DNA of 64,000 nt from Deferribacterales bacterium (GTDB taxonomy: Bacteria > Chrysiogenota > Deferribacteres > Deferribacterales > Geovibrionaceae), in NCBI GenBank assembly GCA_050251945.1, contig JBFWLW010000001.1, positions 32,001-96,000 of the forward strand, written 5' to 3'. Of this stretch, positions 1-9,320 are shown in pieces (the first letter of the stretch is position 1; every line of letters starts with the position of its first letter). The translations under genes and the position numbers were made by a program. The notes below the pieces were generated by a model, which was not told the DNA's origin, searched no databases, and worked only from the letters and a program-made list of their open reading frames with translations.

Positions 1-2
1 AA

Positions 3-1358
3 AAATCACAGATAAAATGCGTTATGTTCAAAGGTTCCGCTATGACTATGCGGGACTATAATCCCAAAAACGGCGACAGTGTTGAGGCGATAGGCGAGCT
101 TACGGTTTATGAGGCGGGCGGAAACTATCAGCTTCTGGTGAAACGGATGGATTACGATTCCGTCGGGCTGTTCTGGAAGCTTTTTGAAGAGGTCAAACGT
201 AAACTTGAAGCGGAAGGACTTTTTGATGAGAGCCGCAAAAAGACCGTCCCCGTTCTGCCTAAAAGGGTTGCGGTTGTGACCTCTGCCACCGGAGCCGCTA
301 TTAAGGATTTTCTGGTCACAATGAAGAACACAGGAGGCGTTTTTGCCGTGGATGTGTGGTCTGTGCCTGTTCAGGGCAAAGATGCCATTGCGCCCATCGT
401 AAAAGCGCTTAACACCGCAGGAGCTATGACAGGCAGATATGACGTTCTTGTGCTTATGCGCGGCGGCGGTTCTCTGGAAGACCTTGCAGTGTTCAACGAG
501 GAACAGGTGGCAAGGGCGCTTTCGGCATGCGCCGTGCCGACTGTCAGCGCCATAGGACACGAACGGGATTTTTCCATATGTGATTTTGTTGCAGACGTCA
601 GGGTCGCGACACCCACAGCGGCTGCGGCTCAGCTTTCCGCAGGGTATGTGAACGCCGTGCGGGATATCGACAGTCACAGAAAGCGTATGGCGGAGCTGAC
701 GCTTAACAGACTTTATCAGCAGGTGCAGAGACTTGACATGCTTCATGCCGGCGTTATAGCCGCGTCGCCTCTGCACAGGATAAACAGAGACAGGCAGAGG
801 CTGGCTTTTCTTGATAAGTCATTGATGTCTGAGATAAAAGAAATAATAAATAAAAAAAACATACATTTATCCGAACTTACTGGTATACTACATTCATTGT
901 CGCCCGCTGCAAGGGCACAAAAAGACCGCAGAAATCTGGACGGTCTTTTGTCTGTTATGCGGGAAAAAACGCTTGCAAATCTGAACAGAACCTCTGTTCG
1001 GGCGGACAGGCTTAACGCAAGGATTTCATTGCTCTCCCCTATTAGGAGTGCTGAAAAATACATGAACGCCGTTGAAAGGCTGGAAAGCAGAATGTCTGTT
1101 TCTGTGCAGAGAAGGACGGCGGAAAACAAAGCTAGACTTGAACCCCTGATGGCGAAGCTATACACGCTTAATCCCGACAATCTTCTGGAAAAAGGTTACG
1201 CGCGGGTGACGCTGAACAAAAAAGTTATAAGCAGCGTATTTGATGTGCGTTTGCAAGATGAGCTTGAAATAAGGCTGAAGGACGGGTATATTAGCAGCTT
1301 CGTAACCGGTAGGAAAGTCTCGGAGGACAAGGATGGAAAGAATCCCGATCACGACTGA
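3..1358 (+). CDS. xseA: Exodeoxyribonuclease VII large subunit (5'-truncated by window edge)
   Basis: Frame is open from base 3 (KSQIKCVMF, OB-fold end); motifs GNYQLLV, VVTSATGAAIKD, RGGGSLEDL, SAIGHERD, ATPTAAA, LEKGYA. Confidence 0.96.
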   Translation, partial: KSQIKCVMFKGSAMTMRDYNPKNGDSVEAIGELTVYEAGGNYQLLVKRMDYDSVGLFWKLFEEVKRKLEAEGLFDESRKKTVPVLPKRVAVVTSATGAAIKDFLVTMKNTGGVFAVDVWSVPVQGKDAIAPIVKALNTAGAMTGRYDVLVLMRGGGSLEDLAVFNEEQVARALSACAVPTVSAIGHERDFSICDFVADVRVATPTAAAAQLSAGYVNAVRDIDSHRKRMAELTLNRLYQQVQRLDMLHAGVIAASPLHRINRDRQRLAFLDKSLMSEIKEIINKKNIHLSELTGILHSLSPAARAQKDRRNLDGLLSVMREKTLANLNRTSVRADRLNARISLLSPIRSAEKYMNAVERLESRMSVSVQRRTAENKARLEPLMAKLYTLNPDNLLEKGYARVTLNKKVISSVFDVRLQDELEIRLKDGYISSFVTGRKVSEDKDGKNPDHD

Positions 1359-1806
1359 AGGGTATGCAACACTTAAAAAAGAACTGGAAAAACTCAAGTC
1401 TGTTGATAGAAAAGAGGTTGTTCTCGCTATCGAAGAGGCGAGAAGCCACGGCGACCTCAGCGAAAATGCCGAATATGATGCTGCAAAAGAACGTCAGGGT
1501 ATGATCGAAGCGCGTATTGCCGAGCTTGAAAGCAAAATGGGCAGATTTCAGGTTATTGATACCACAGCGCTTTCCGGTGAAAAGATTGTTTTCGGAGCCA
1601 CTGTGGTTATTGAGAATGTGGAAACTTCCGAAAAGAAAAAATATAAGATAGTCGGTCCCGACGAGGCTAACATCTCCAAAGGTACCGTATCCATCATGTC
1701 GCCCCTTGCGAGAGCTCTTGTGAACAAGAAAGCTGGCGATGAGGTTGTCGTTCAGGCACCCGGCGGCGATATTGAATATGAGATCCTTTCTGTAGACTTC
1801 AACTGA
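1333..1806 (+). CDS. greA: Transcription elongation factor GreA
   Basis: ARSHGDLSENAEYDAAKE and SPLARAL motifs; GGAGG RBS; overlaps the xseA end. Confidence 0.98.
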   Translation: MERIPITTEGYATLKKELEKLKSVDRKEVVLAIEEARSHGDLSENAEYDAAKERQGMIEARIAELESKMGRFQVIDTTALSGEKIVFGATVVIENVETSEKKKYKIVGPDEANISKGTVSIMSPLARALVNKKAGDEVVVQAPGGDIEYEILSVDFN

Positions 1807-1814
1807 TAATGATA

Positions 1815-1852
1815 CGCCCCTGCAAATCTTTGCGGGGGCGCTCTCTTTCTTT
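1815..1852 (+). terminator. Intrinsic terminator after greA
   Basis: CGCCCCTGCAAA-TC-TTTGCGGGGGCG stem followed by a pyrimidine/T-rich tract. Confidence 0.75.
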
Positions 1853-1934
1853 AATTTCCCTTTAATGTTCTTTTTCCCTCGAAACGTCAGCCCATGCGTT
1901 GTATATTGGTGGTATAAAATTCAGGGAGACGGAT

Positions 1935-3488
1935 ATGAAAGTTTTTTTTACGATCGCCTTGTCGTGCGTTTTGATATCCCATGCTTATGCTGCCGGCAGT
2001 TTTGAAGACTACAGAAAGTCTGTTATGGGTGAATATCAAAACTATCTGGACGAGATGGACAGGCAGTTTTCCGCCTTTCTGAAACAGCAGTGGAAAGAAT
2101 ATAAAGGTCAGAAACCCGTTAAACAGTATGAGGAACCGAAACCTGTTGTTCAGCCCGTGACAAAACCGGAAGTTAAACCCGAACCTGTAAAAATCGTTCC
2201 CAAGCCTGTGCCTGCTCCTGTTGTGGTGCCTGCACCGAAACCGGAACCTGTCAAAGAACTGCCGAAAGCAGAAACTCCGAAACCGACAGTTAAGCCGAAA
2301 GAGGAGCCTGCAGAACCGAAAGAACCGCAGCCGTCTTTCAGCGGCGAAATTCCTGAACCTACACCTTTTTATGCTCCTGTTCAGGAAGGGGACACAGTTG
2401 ATCTGACATTTTTCGGTCTCAGTGTCAGAATACCTTACGACAGAAAAATTAAAACCAGCGTACAGAAGCCGATATCTTCCGATAATGTAGCAAAATGGTG
2501 GGAGTCTGTGGCTTCTGCCGATTATGGCAAATCACTCAAAGTTCTTGATAAAACAGCAAAAGACGCAAGCCTGAGTGACTGGGGATACGTCATGCTTGTA
2601 GACAGGTTCACTTCAAAACTGATGTTTGATGCTTCGGAACAGAAGATGCTGGCGTGGTTTTTCCTTGTGAAAAGCGGCTATAATGCGAAACTGGGATATA
2701 CCAAATCAGGCTATACGAAACTGATGCTGCCTGCCGATGCCAGCCTGTACGATATCTCTTTCTATACATTCGATAATAAAAAATTCTACCTGGTGAATAC
2801 GCTGGAAAAGATAAGCACATCAACAGACCCGCTTTATACCTATAAAGGCAACTATCCTACAGCTACTAAATCCGTAAGTTTTACGGGAATGAAACAGCCT
2901 AAGCTTTCTTTTGCGCGTTTCGACAGAGACCTTACGTTTGAATATGACAGGAACAAATACACCGTAAAAGCTGTGGCGAATAAATATGACATTGCTTATC
3001 TGACATCCTTCCCGCAGACCGATCTGCCTGTTTATACTTCCGCATCTGTTCCTCAGTGGGTCGATAAAACGGTTCTGCCGACTCTTACAACCATAATTCA
3101 GGGCAAATCCACGGAAGAGAGCATAAATATCCTTCTGCGCTTTGTGCAGACCGCGTTCCCCTACAAAACTGACGACCAGCAGTTCGGTAAAGAAAAATCC
3201 TTCTATGCGGAAGAGATAATCTATTATCCCTACAGCGATTGCGAAGACAGAAGTATATTCTTTGCGTATCTCGTTGAAAAACTGCTGAAAAAAGACGTTG
3301 TGCTTCTGAATTATCCCGACCACGTTGCAACTGCTGTTGATATGGGTGACAAAACTGTCGGCGCATATCTTCCATATAAAGGCAAAAAATATACTGTAGC
3401 CGACCCGACATATATCAATGCAACTGTGGGCATGGTAATGCCTCAGTATAAAACGGTTAGTCCCGAAATAGAGGAAACAGGCATTTAG
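1935..3488 (+). CDS. Secreted protein with Pro/Lys/Glu-rich linker and C-terminal transglutaminase-like (Cys-His-Asp) domain
   Basis: ATG 1935 after AGGGAG; signal peptide ending AYA; YPYSDCEDRS / PDHVATAV / VADPT motifs. Confidence 0.75.
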   Translation: MKVFFTIALSCVLISHAYAAGSFEDYRKSVMGEYQNYLDEMDRQFSAFLKQQWKEYKGQKPVKQYEEPKPVVQPVTKPEVKPEPVKIVPKPVPAPVVVPAPKPEPVKELPKAETPKPTVKPKEEPAEPKEPQPSFSGEIPEPTPFYAPVQEGDTVDLTFFGLSVRIPYDRKIKTSVQKPISSDNVAKWWESVASADYGKSLKVLDKTAKDASLSDWGYVMLVDRFTSKLMFDASEQKMLAWFFLVKSGYNAKLGYTKSGYTKLMLPADASLYDISFYTFDNKKFYLVNTLEKISTSTDPLYTYKGNYPTATKSVSFTGMKQPKLSFARFDRDLTFEYDRNKYTVKAVANKYDIAYLTSFPQTDLPVYTSASVPQWVDKTVLPTLTTIIQGKSTEESINILLRFVQTAFPYKTDDQQFGKEKSFYAEEIIYYPYSDCEDRSIFFAYLVEKLLKKDVVLLNYPDHVATAVDMGDKTVGAYLPYKGKKYTVADPTYINATVGMVMPQYKTVSPEIEETGI

Positions 3489-3545
3489 ACCGTTTATGAA
3501 ATTTATGTCATAGTTTATGGGATGATAACAGGATCATATAAAGAT

Positions 3546-3914
3546 GAGATCGCGTCGGGCAACGCCCTCGCAAAACTGAACGAAATTAAGTCTCTGCGAG
3601 GAACGAGGTGACGAAGCAGTCTCGTATTCCACCTCCTTTGTCTAAAGGGAGGCTTAAGTGAAAAAATATCAAAAACAAATCAAATGAGATCGCGTCGTCG
3701 CTGAAGCTCCTCGCGAAGACGTTTTTCTCTGCCCGTCTCTGCGAACCCTGCATGGGGGAAGCAGTCTCAATTCTTATAATACGCGACATTATTTATGAGA
3801 TATGTTTGAGCGACGTGAGGCTTTTGCCGAGCATAGCGTTGGCGAAATTTTTCCATGGGTGGAGAAAATTTCGTGGTTATTTGATCGCTTCGGGCATACC
3901 GCCCTCGCGAAGAC
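3546..3914. repeat. Cluster of REP-like palindromic repeats (family A: 3546-3623, 3686-3768, half unit 3883-3914)
   Basis: GAGATCGCGTCG..CTCGCGAAGAC and GTCTCTGCGAG..GAAGCAGTCTC half-units alternate in inverted orientation between convergent genes. Confidence 0.85.
3807..3873 (-). repeat. Palindromic repeat family B copy
   Basis: Reverse complement CGAAATTTTCTCCACCCATGGAAAAATTTCGCCAACGCTATGCTCGGCAAAAGCCTCACGTCGCTCA resembles 51831-51878 and 61290-61353. Confidence 0.75.
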
Positions 3915-3946
3915 GGGCGCAACTCTTTAATGATTATGTTGGATGT

Positions 3947-4375
3947 TTAATTTTTTCTTTTGAACTGGATGACGTTGTTGCCGGAAGAGGGCGCATCTTC
4001 TGAAGAATCATCAAAATCTTCAGTTTTTTCCTCTTTTTCGATAGGTTTGGGTGCTGTTTTTCTGTTTTGAGGTTTAAAGCTGAACATGAATTCAGGCTTG
4101 ACCGGATCGTTGAATATCGCGCTGACGGCATCCACCGGAATATAAAGGCTTTCCCAGCTTCCTGAAAATTTCATATTCACCAAAATGCTGTCTTCTTCCA
4201 TGTCGAGTTTGTCATATGAATATGAGCTGAAAACAAGCACTATGCCGTTCTTTTTTTCTTCACCTATCAGACCGCGGGAGCCTATGATAAGTTCCGGATG
4301 CGGCATAAGGTGTATAAAGAATTTTTCGTAATTGTTCAGTATTTCTTTTAAAACGTTCAGTCTGAAATCAGTCAT
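3947..4375 (-). CDS. sspB: ClpXP specificity-enhancing factor SspB family protein
   Basis: IVLVF..Y..L.....I.V.MKFSG....LYIPVDAVSAI core; acidic linker and terminal NNVIQFKRK tail typical of SspB. Confidence 0.7.
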   Translation of the reverse strand: MTDFRLNVLKEILNNYEKFFIHLMPHPELIIGSRGLIGEEKKNGIVLVFSSYSYDKLDMEEDSILVNMKFSGSWESLYIPVDAVSAIFNDPVKPEFMFSFKPQNRKTAPKPIEKEEKTEDFDDSSEDAPSSGNNVIQFKRKN

Positions 4376-4437
4376 GAAAACAGAATACAATAGTTAACAT
4401 CGACAGTCAACGCCAAGGTTTGCGCAAATGCCAATTA

Positions 4438-5124
4438 CTAGCCTATAATCATTTTCTGGCTTTCTACAAGCTGTTTAAGAGATGAAAAATCATTTCTTGC
4501 CTGACTGATCATCTTTGCAAAAACCTCTGCCGTGGCGAGGGCATCTCCAAGTGCGGTGTGGCGTCCGTTGCAGACGACCTTATACTTTTCAAGGAGGTAA
4601 TCAAGGCTGACATGTTCCTCTTTTTTCCTTATTGATCTGGAATAGATGAACATAGTGTCCAGCCATTGATTGTGGAGCGCACATCCGTAGCAGTCCTCAA
4701 GTTCTTTGTTTATCATTTTTAAGTCGAAATTTATGTGGTGTCCGACTATGACGGAACTGCCGACAAAATTAATGAAATCCGGCAGAACCTCACCGGCAGT
4801 GGGTTTGTCAGCCACCATTTCGTCGGTGATATTATGCCATTTTATAGATTCAACAGGGATAGAAATTTCAGGGTTTATGAATGAGTTATAGAAGTCTATT
4901 ATCTTAAAGTTCTGCACTTTTACGGCAGCTACATTAATTATTTTTGCGGTGGTGAGGTCGAGTCCTGTGGTTTCGGTGTCAACAACGGAAAACACAGTAT
5001 TTTCGATACTTTCATCCAGTGTTATATTTTTAGCAAAATTATCACACAGCTTATTAACATAGACAGATATGGGGTCTTTGGCTTTTTCTGCGGCAGTTTT
5101 TTTATTGAAAAATTTACCTATCAT
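4438..5124 (-). CDS. DEDDh 3'-5' exonuclease (DnaQ/PolC-type)
   Basis: VVDTETTGL, GHHINFDL, HTALGDALATA motifs. Confidence 0.92.
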   Translation of the reverse strand: MIGKFFNKKTAAEKAKDPISVYVNKLCDNFAKNITLDESIENTVFSVVDTETTGLDLTTAKIINVAAVKVQNFKIIDFYNSFINPEISIPVESIKWHNITDEMVADKPTAGEVLPDFINFVGSSVIVGHHINFDLKMINKELEDCYGCALHNQWLDTMFIYSRSIRKKEEHVSLDYLLEKYKVVCNGRHTALGDALATAEVFAKMISQARNDFSSLKQLVESQKMIIG

Positions 5125-5261
5125 GTCGCTGAACCTTGTAATGAAATGCTATTTTATTTAGAGTTATTGTAAAACCAAAACAGATTTATTGCAATATGCT
5201 TTCTCGTGTATTAGTGTATATTTTAGCGTTGCGGTGAAAAGACACAGCGTATGAGGAATTT

Positions 5262-6581
5262 ATGATTCTTATTAATGACAGATACCGCAGGGTGCTCTCT
5301 ATATCCCTGCCATCTGCATTCCATAATCTCATGAATATGGTGCAGACGATGATAGATATGCTGTTTGTGGGGCGCATATCGGCGGTAAGCCTTGCTTCCG
5401 TCGGTGTGAGTATGCAGTATACGGCACTTTTATACGCCTTCATGTCGCTTGTGTATGTCGGAACAAACGTTCTTGTATCGCGTTTCTATGGCTCGAAAGA
5501 AATGAGGAAAGCGGGACAGACCGTTTATGTAATGATACTTTTTTCATTCATTATGTCGCTGCCGCTTATGTTCTTCTGCATGTTTAACGCACCGGTTCTG
5601 TTCGAGATCCTTGGAACCGGCGAAGACGTGGTTCGCGAGGGAACTGTCTATATTTCAACCTATTCATACGCTTTGCCTGCGCTGTTTGTTCAGGGTGTGC
5701 TTTTCAGCGGACTCAATGCCCTTGGTAAAACAAAGATTCCGCTTTATATCAGCATATCGGGAAATATTCTAAACGTTTTCCTCGACTGGTCAATGATATT
5801 CGGTCATTTCGGATTTCCCGCAATGGGGATAAAGGGCGCGGCTCTTGCCACTGTGATCGTTATTTATTACCAGCTTGCCATATATTTTATCTGCTATTTT
5901 TTCAGCAAAGATATAAGAATAATTCCGTCGTTCGATATGGGCATCTTAAAGCGCGGGATCAAGGTTGCTATCCCTGCATGGCTTGAGCGTATTGTTGCGC
6001 ATCCGTCATACCTCGTACTGTCCGCTCTTGTGGCAAAATTCGGCGTTGATGCTCTGGCGGGGTATCAGGTCGGACTGCGCATTGAGGGGCTGGCGTTCAT
6101 GCCGGGAGTGGGCTTTATATTCGCCAGTATGGCGCTGGTGGGGCAGGGACTTGGAGCAGGCAACCCCGACGAGGCGGAGAAGGACGCATATGCGGCTACG
6201 ATATCGGCATCGGTGATAATGGGCGTGCTGGGGCTTCTGATGACCGCTTTTCCATATGCCATAGCGGGTATATTCACCAACAATCAGGCGACTCTGGAAA
6301 ACGCCGCATGGTATCTGCGCATAATGGGTGTTTCGCAGGTGCCTCTTGCCGTGTGTTTTGTTATTTCCGGAAGCCTGCGCGGGGCAGGGGATACGAACAT
6401 GACGTTCGCCATAAACGCTGTTTCTCTCTGGGGGCTTCGCATACTTCCCGCATGGCTTCTTACATATTATGTGACCAATTCCGTTTGGATATATCTTGTC
6501 GCGATGATAGAATCCGTTGTGCGGGCTGCGATACTGCTGGTTCGTTTCAGAACCGGAAAGTGGAAATCAATTAATGTTTAG
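5262..6581 (+). CDS. MATE family efflux transporter
   Basis: About 12 TM segments; IDMLFVGRI, NVFLDW..IFG..GFPAMGIKGAALAT motifs. Confidence 0.93.
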   Translation: MILINDRYRRVLSISLPSAFHNLMNMVQTMIDMLFVGRISAVSLASVGVSMQYTALLYAFMSLVYVGTNVLVSRFYGSKEMRKAGQTVYVMILFSFIMSLPLMFFCMFNAPVLFEILGTGEDVVREGTVYISTYSYALPALFVQGVLFSGLNALGKTKIPLYISISGNILNVFLDWSMIFGHFGFPAMGIKGAALATVIVIYYQLAIYFICYFFSKDIRIIPSFDMGILKRGIKVAIPAWLERIVAHPSYLVLSALVAKFGVDALAGYQVGLRIEGLAFMPGVGFIFASMALVGQGLGAGNPDEAEKDAYAATISASVIMGVLGLLMTAFPYAIAGIFTNNQATLENAAWYLRIMGVSQVPLAVCFVISGSLRGAGDTNMTFAINAVSLWGLRILPAWLLTYYVTNSVWIYLVAMIESVVRAAILLVRFRTGKWKSINV

Positions 6582-7519
6582 AAAGGGTTAAAGCAGGAAA
6601 AGCCGTCTTTGAATTCCGGTTTCCGTATCAGGCATTGTTCGGTTCTTCTTTCGCATCTGTCGGCGAATACGCACTTTGAATCGAAAGCGCGCCCGTTAAA
6701 GGTTATTGTGCCTTTAATTGTGTTCAGGTACTCACGCGAATCGCCAACGACCGGAACGCAGGCTTTCAGCGCTCGTGTGTAGGGGTGACGCATAGTGCCT
6801 TTTTCCATGTCCGCACTTGTAATGCGCTCCATCATTTCACCTGCATACATAATATAGCTTTCGTCGGCTATTCTCGCCAGCAATCCCAGATCGTGGGTGA
6901 TGAATATAACGGACAGATTCTTTTCGCGGTTGAGTTTTTTTATCAGCAGAAGTATCTGCTGCTGGATGGTGACGTCGAGTGCTGTCGTGGGTTCGTCGGC
7001 AATAAGCACCTCCGGGTCGGACGACAGTGCTATGGCGATCATGACGCGCTGGTTCATGCCGCCTGAAAGCTGGTGGGGATAGGAGTTCATACGTTCCGCA
7101 GGATGGGGTATCTCGACCTCTGTCAGCAGCGCGACAGCTTTATCCCATGCCTCTTTCTTCTGCATCTTCGGGTTATGCGTCAGTATGGCTTCCGTAATCT
7201 GCGCTCCGACTGTGAAAACAGGATTGAGCGAGCCTGTGGGGTTTTGAAATATCATGGATATCTTCGCGCCTCTCACAGATGCGAAGTCTTTTTCGTCTTT
7301 AAGTTCCCTGCCGTCAAGAATTATGCTTCCTGCTGTTTTTACAACGGGTTTTCTGATAAGATTCAGAATGGTTTTGGCAAGGATGGTTTTTCCGCTGCCC
7401 GATTCGCCGGCGATACCCAGAATTTCGCCTTTTTGCAGGCTGAACGAAATATCGCGGAGGATTATAAAAGGGTTGTCAGAGCTTTTAAGTTCGACTGATA
7501 AATTATTAATTGACAGCAT
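6578..7519 (-). CDS. Peptide/nickel ABC transporter ATP-binding protein (OppD/DppD family), without adjacent permeases
   Basis: GESGSGKT, YPHQLSGGMNQRV, ADEPTTALD, HPYT, C-terminal Cys cluster. Confidence 0.92.
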   Translation of the reverse strand: MLSINNLSVELKSSDNPFIILRDISFSLQKGEILGIAGESGSGKTILAKTILNLIRKPVVKTAGSIILDGRELKDEKDFASVRGAKISMIFQNPTGSLNPVFTVGAQITEAILTHNPKMQKKEAWDKAVALLTEVEIPHPAERMNSYPHQLSGGMNQRVMIAIALSSDPEVLIADEPTTALDVTIQQQILLLIKKLNREKNLSVIFITHDLGLLARIADESYIMYAGEMMERITSADMEKGTMRHPYTRALKACVPVVGDSREYLNTIKGTITFNGRAFDSKCVFADRCERRTEQCLIRKPEFKDGFSCFNPF

Positions 7520-7596
7520 GGGCAAAATATATTTGATATTTGATTCTTTGTCTATACAATATAAGTATGCACTACGGAGCTATCTTGATTTAACCA

Positions 7597-9315
7597 ATGA
7601 AAATACCATCATCAAAAATAGACGAAATACTCGAAGCAAGCGATATTTACGAGATAATTAACGATGTTGTCCCTCTGAAAAAGATGGGTAACAGCTTTAA
7701 AGGGCTTTGTCCTTTTCACTCGGAGAAGACCCCCTCGTTCAACGTTCACCCCGACAAAGGTTTTTACCACTGCTTCGGATGCGGAACGGGCGGGAACGTG
7801 ATATCGTTTGTGATGAATTATTACAACCTGCCGTTTCCGGAGGCTGCGCGCTTTCTGGCGGACAGGTACGGCGTTACCATAGAATATGAAGGAGCGGAGG
7901 TCAGCCAGACGGCAAAGGACATCGCCGCTCTGCATGAGGAGCTTGTGCTTGATGCCAGAAAAAATCTTTATTCAGGCACCGGTAAGGAAGCTCTCAATTA
8001 TCTGAAAGGGAGAAATTTCTCCGACACACTTCTGGAAAAGTTCATGGTTGGCTATTTCCCGCAGAAGTTTGACACGGAGAAATATGTCCGCAAATACGAC
8101 AAAAGCGTGCTTTTGGGGTCGGGACTCTTGAAAGAGGGACAGTACGGCATGCGCCTGATGTTTTTCGACAGGGTTATGATTCCTGTTCGGGGTGTCACAG
8201 GCAGAACGATAGCTTTTTCCGGCAGAACCCTCACAGGGCAGATGCCTAAATATATAAATTCTCCTGAGACTGAGATATTCAAAAAGCGCAGAGTGCTTTT
8301 TAACCTTGATCTGGCTAAGGAGCATATCCGGAAGAAAGGGCACGTGCTTATTGTTGAAGGTTATTTTGACGTGATGCGTCTTTATGATAAAGGGTTCGGC
8401 AACTGCGTCGCCACAATGGGAACTGCGCTTACGTCCGAGCACGTTTCTTTACTGAAACGTTTTACCGACGATACGTACATGCTCTACGACGGTGACGATG
8501 CGGGGTACAATTCCGCGCTTAAAAGTCTCGACCTGTTTGTTGCGGCGGACAGTTTTCCTATGGTCATCTTTCTGCCGAAAGAGGACGACCCTGACACGTT
8601 CCTCGACAGAGAGGGTGCGGAAGGTTTTGAGGCACTGCTTGAGACGAGAAAGGATCTGTTCGTTTTCACCGCCGAAACGCTGATGGAAAATTCGGGCGAC
8701 ATGAACGCGCGTTTGAGAAATCTTGAACGGATGAAACAGATGCTTACTAAGGTTAAAAGCCCTTATAGAAAAGAACATTATGCTGAAAAACTGGCGGAGA
8801 TATTTAATGTCGGCAAAGAAATGCTGAAAAAGGATATTGACCTTTCCGCCGCAAATAATAGTTTAAAAATAGTCAGCAGGCGTACTGAAAGAAACAGCAG
8901 GCGTCCGGCTACCTACATATACGAACGCGAGTTTATCGCAGCGCTGTTTAAATTGCCCGAAGACGTAGCACTTATGCAGACAGAAAATATTATGCCGGAG
9001 TTTTTTCACGATAAAATTCTGGCGGATATATACAAAAAAGTGCTTGATGTTTTGCGTGATGGTGATAATATCAGTGTCCTTTTGTGCTCACCCGACGTGG
9101 GCAGCGAACTGTCGGAGGCGGTCATAAATATGCCCGACACCGATATCTACCGACTGGCGGCAGCTACCAGAGAAAAGCTGATTTCAAACTCGGTTATGGA
9201 CTCCCTGTCGAAAGAGATAAAAAGCTCCGATGGCGGGGCGAAGGCGCGTGAGCTTGCGATCAAAAGATTTGAGCAGGCAGGACGCATGATGCGCAAAAGG
9301 AACCCGGAGGACTGA
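7597..9315 (+). CDS. dnaG: DNA primase
   Basis: [15 protein letters not shown] zinc finger; [15 protein letters not shown] and YDGDDAG TOPRIM motifs. Confidence 0.98.
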   Translation: MKIPSSKIDEILEASDIYEIINDVVPLKKMGNSFKGLCPFHSEKTPSFNVHPDKGFYHCFGCGTGGNVISFVMNYYNLPFPEAARFLADRYGVTIEYEGAEVSQTAKDIAALHEELVLDARKNLYSGTGKEALNYLKGRNFSDTLLEKFMVGYFPQKFDTEKYVRKYDKSVLLGSGLLKEGQYGMRLMFFDRVMIPVRGVTGRTIAFSGRTLTGQMPKYINSPETEIFKKRRVLFNLDLAKEHIRKKGHVLIVEGYFDVMRLYDKGFGNCVATMGTALTSEHVSLLKRFTDDTYMLYDGDDAGYNSALKSLDLFVAADSFPMVIFLPKEDDPDTFLDREGAEGFEALLETRKDLFVFTAETLMENSGDMNARLRNLERMKQMLTKVKSPYRKEHYAEKLAEIFNVGKEMLKKDIDLSAANNSLKIVSRRTERNSRRPATYIYEREFIAALFKLPEDVALMQTENIMPEFFHDKILADIYKKVLDVLRDGDNISVLLCSPDVGSELSEAVINMPDTDIYRLAAATREKLISNSVMDSLSKEIKSSDGGAKARELAIKRFEQAGRMMRKRNPED

Positions 9316-9320
9316 ATCTG

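Noticed and set aside
6..776. Long antisense ORFs (also 9147-10145, 22286-23035, 24474-25208, 56599-57726 and others)
   Set aside because: Shadow frames opposite well-conserved genes
3546..3914. Possible CRISPR array
   Set aside because: Units alternate in orientation, vary internally and are irregularly spaced; no cas genes
3586..4003. Short ORFs 3586-3789 and 3752-4003
   Set aside because: They merely read through palindromic repeats and have no RBS or protein motifs
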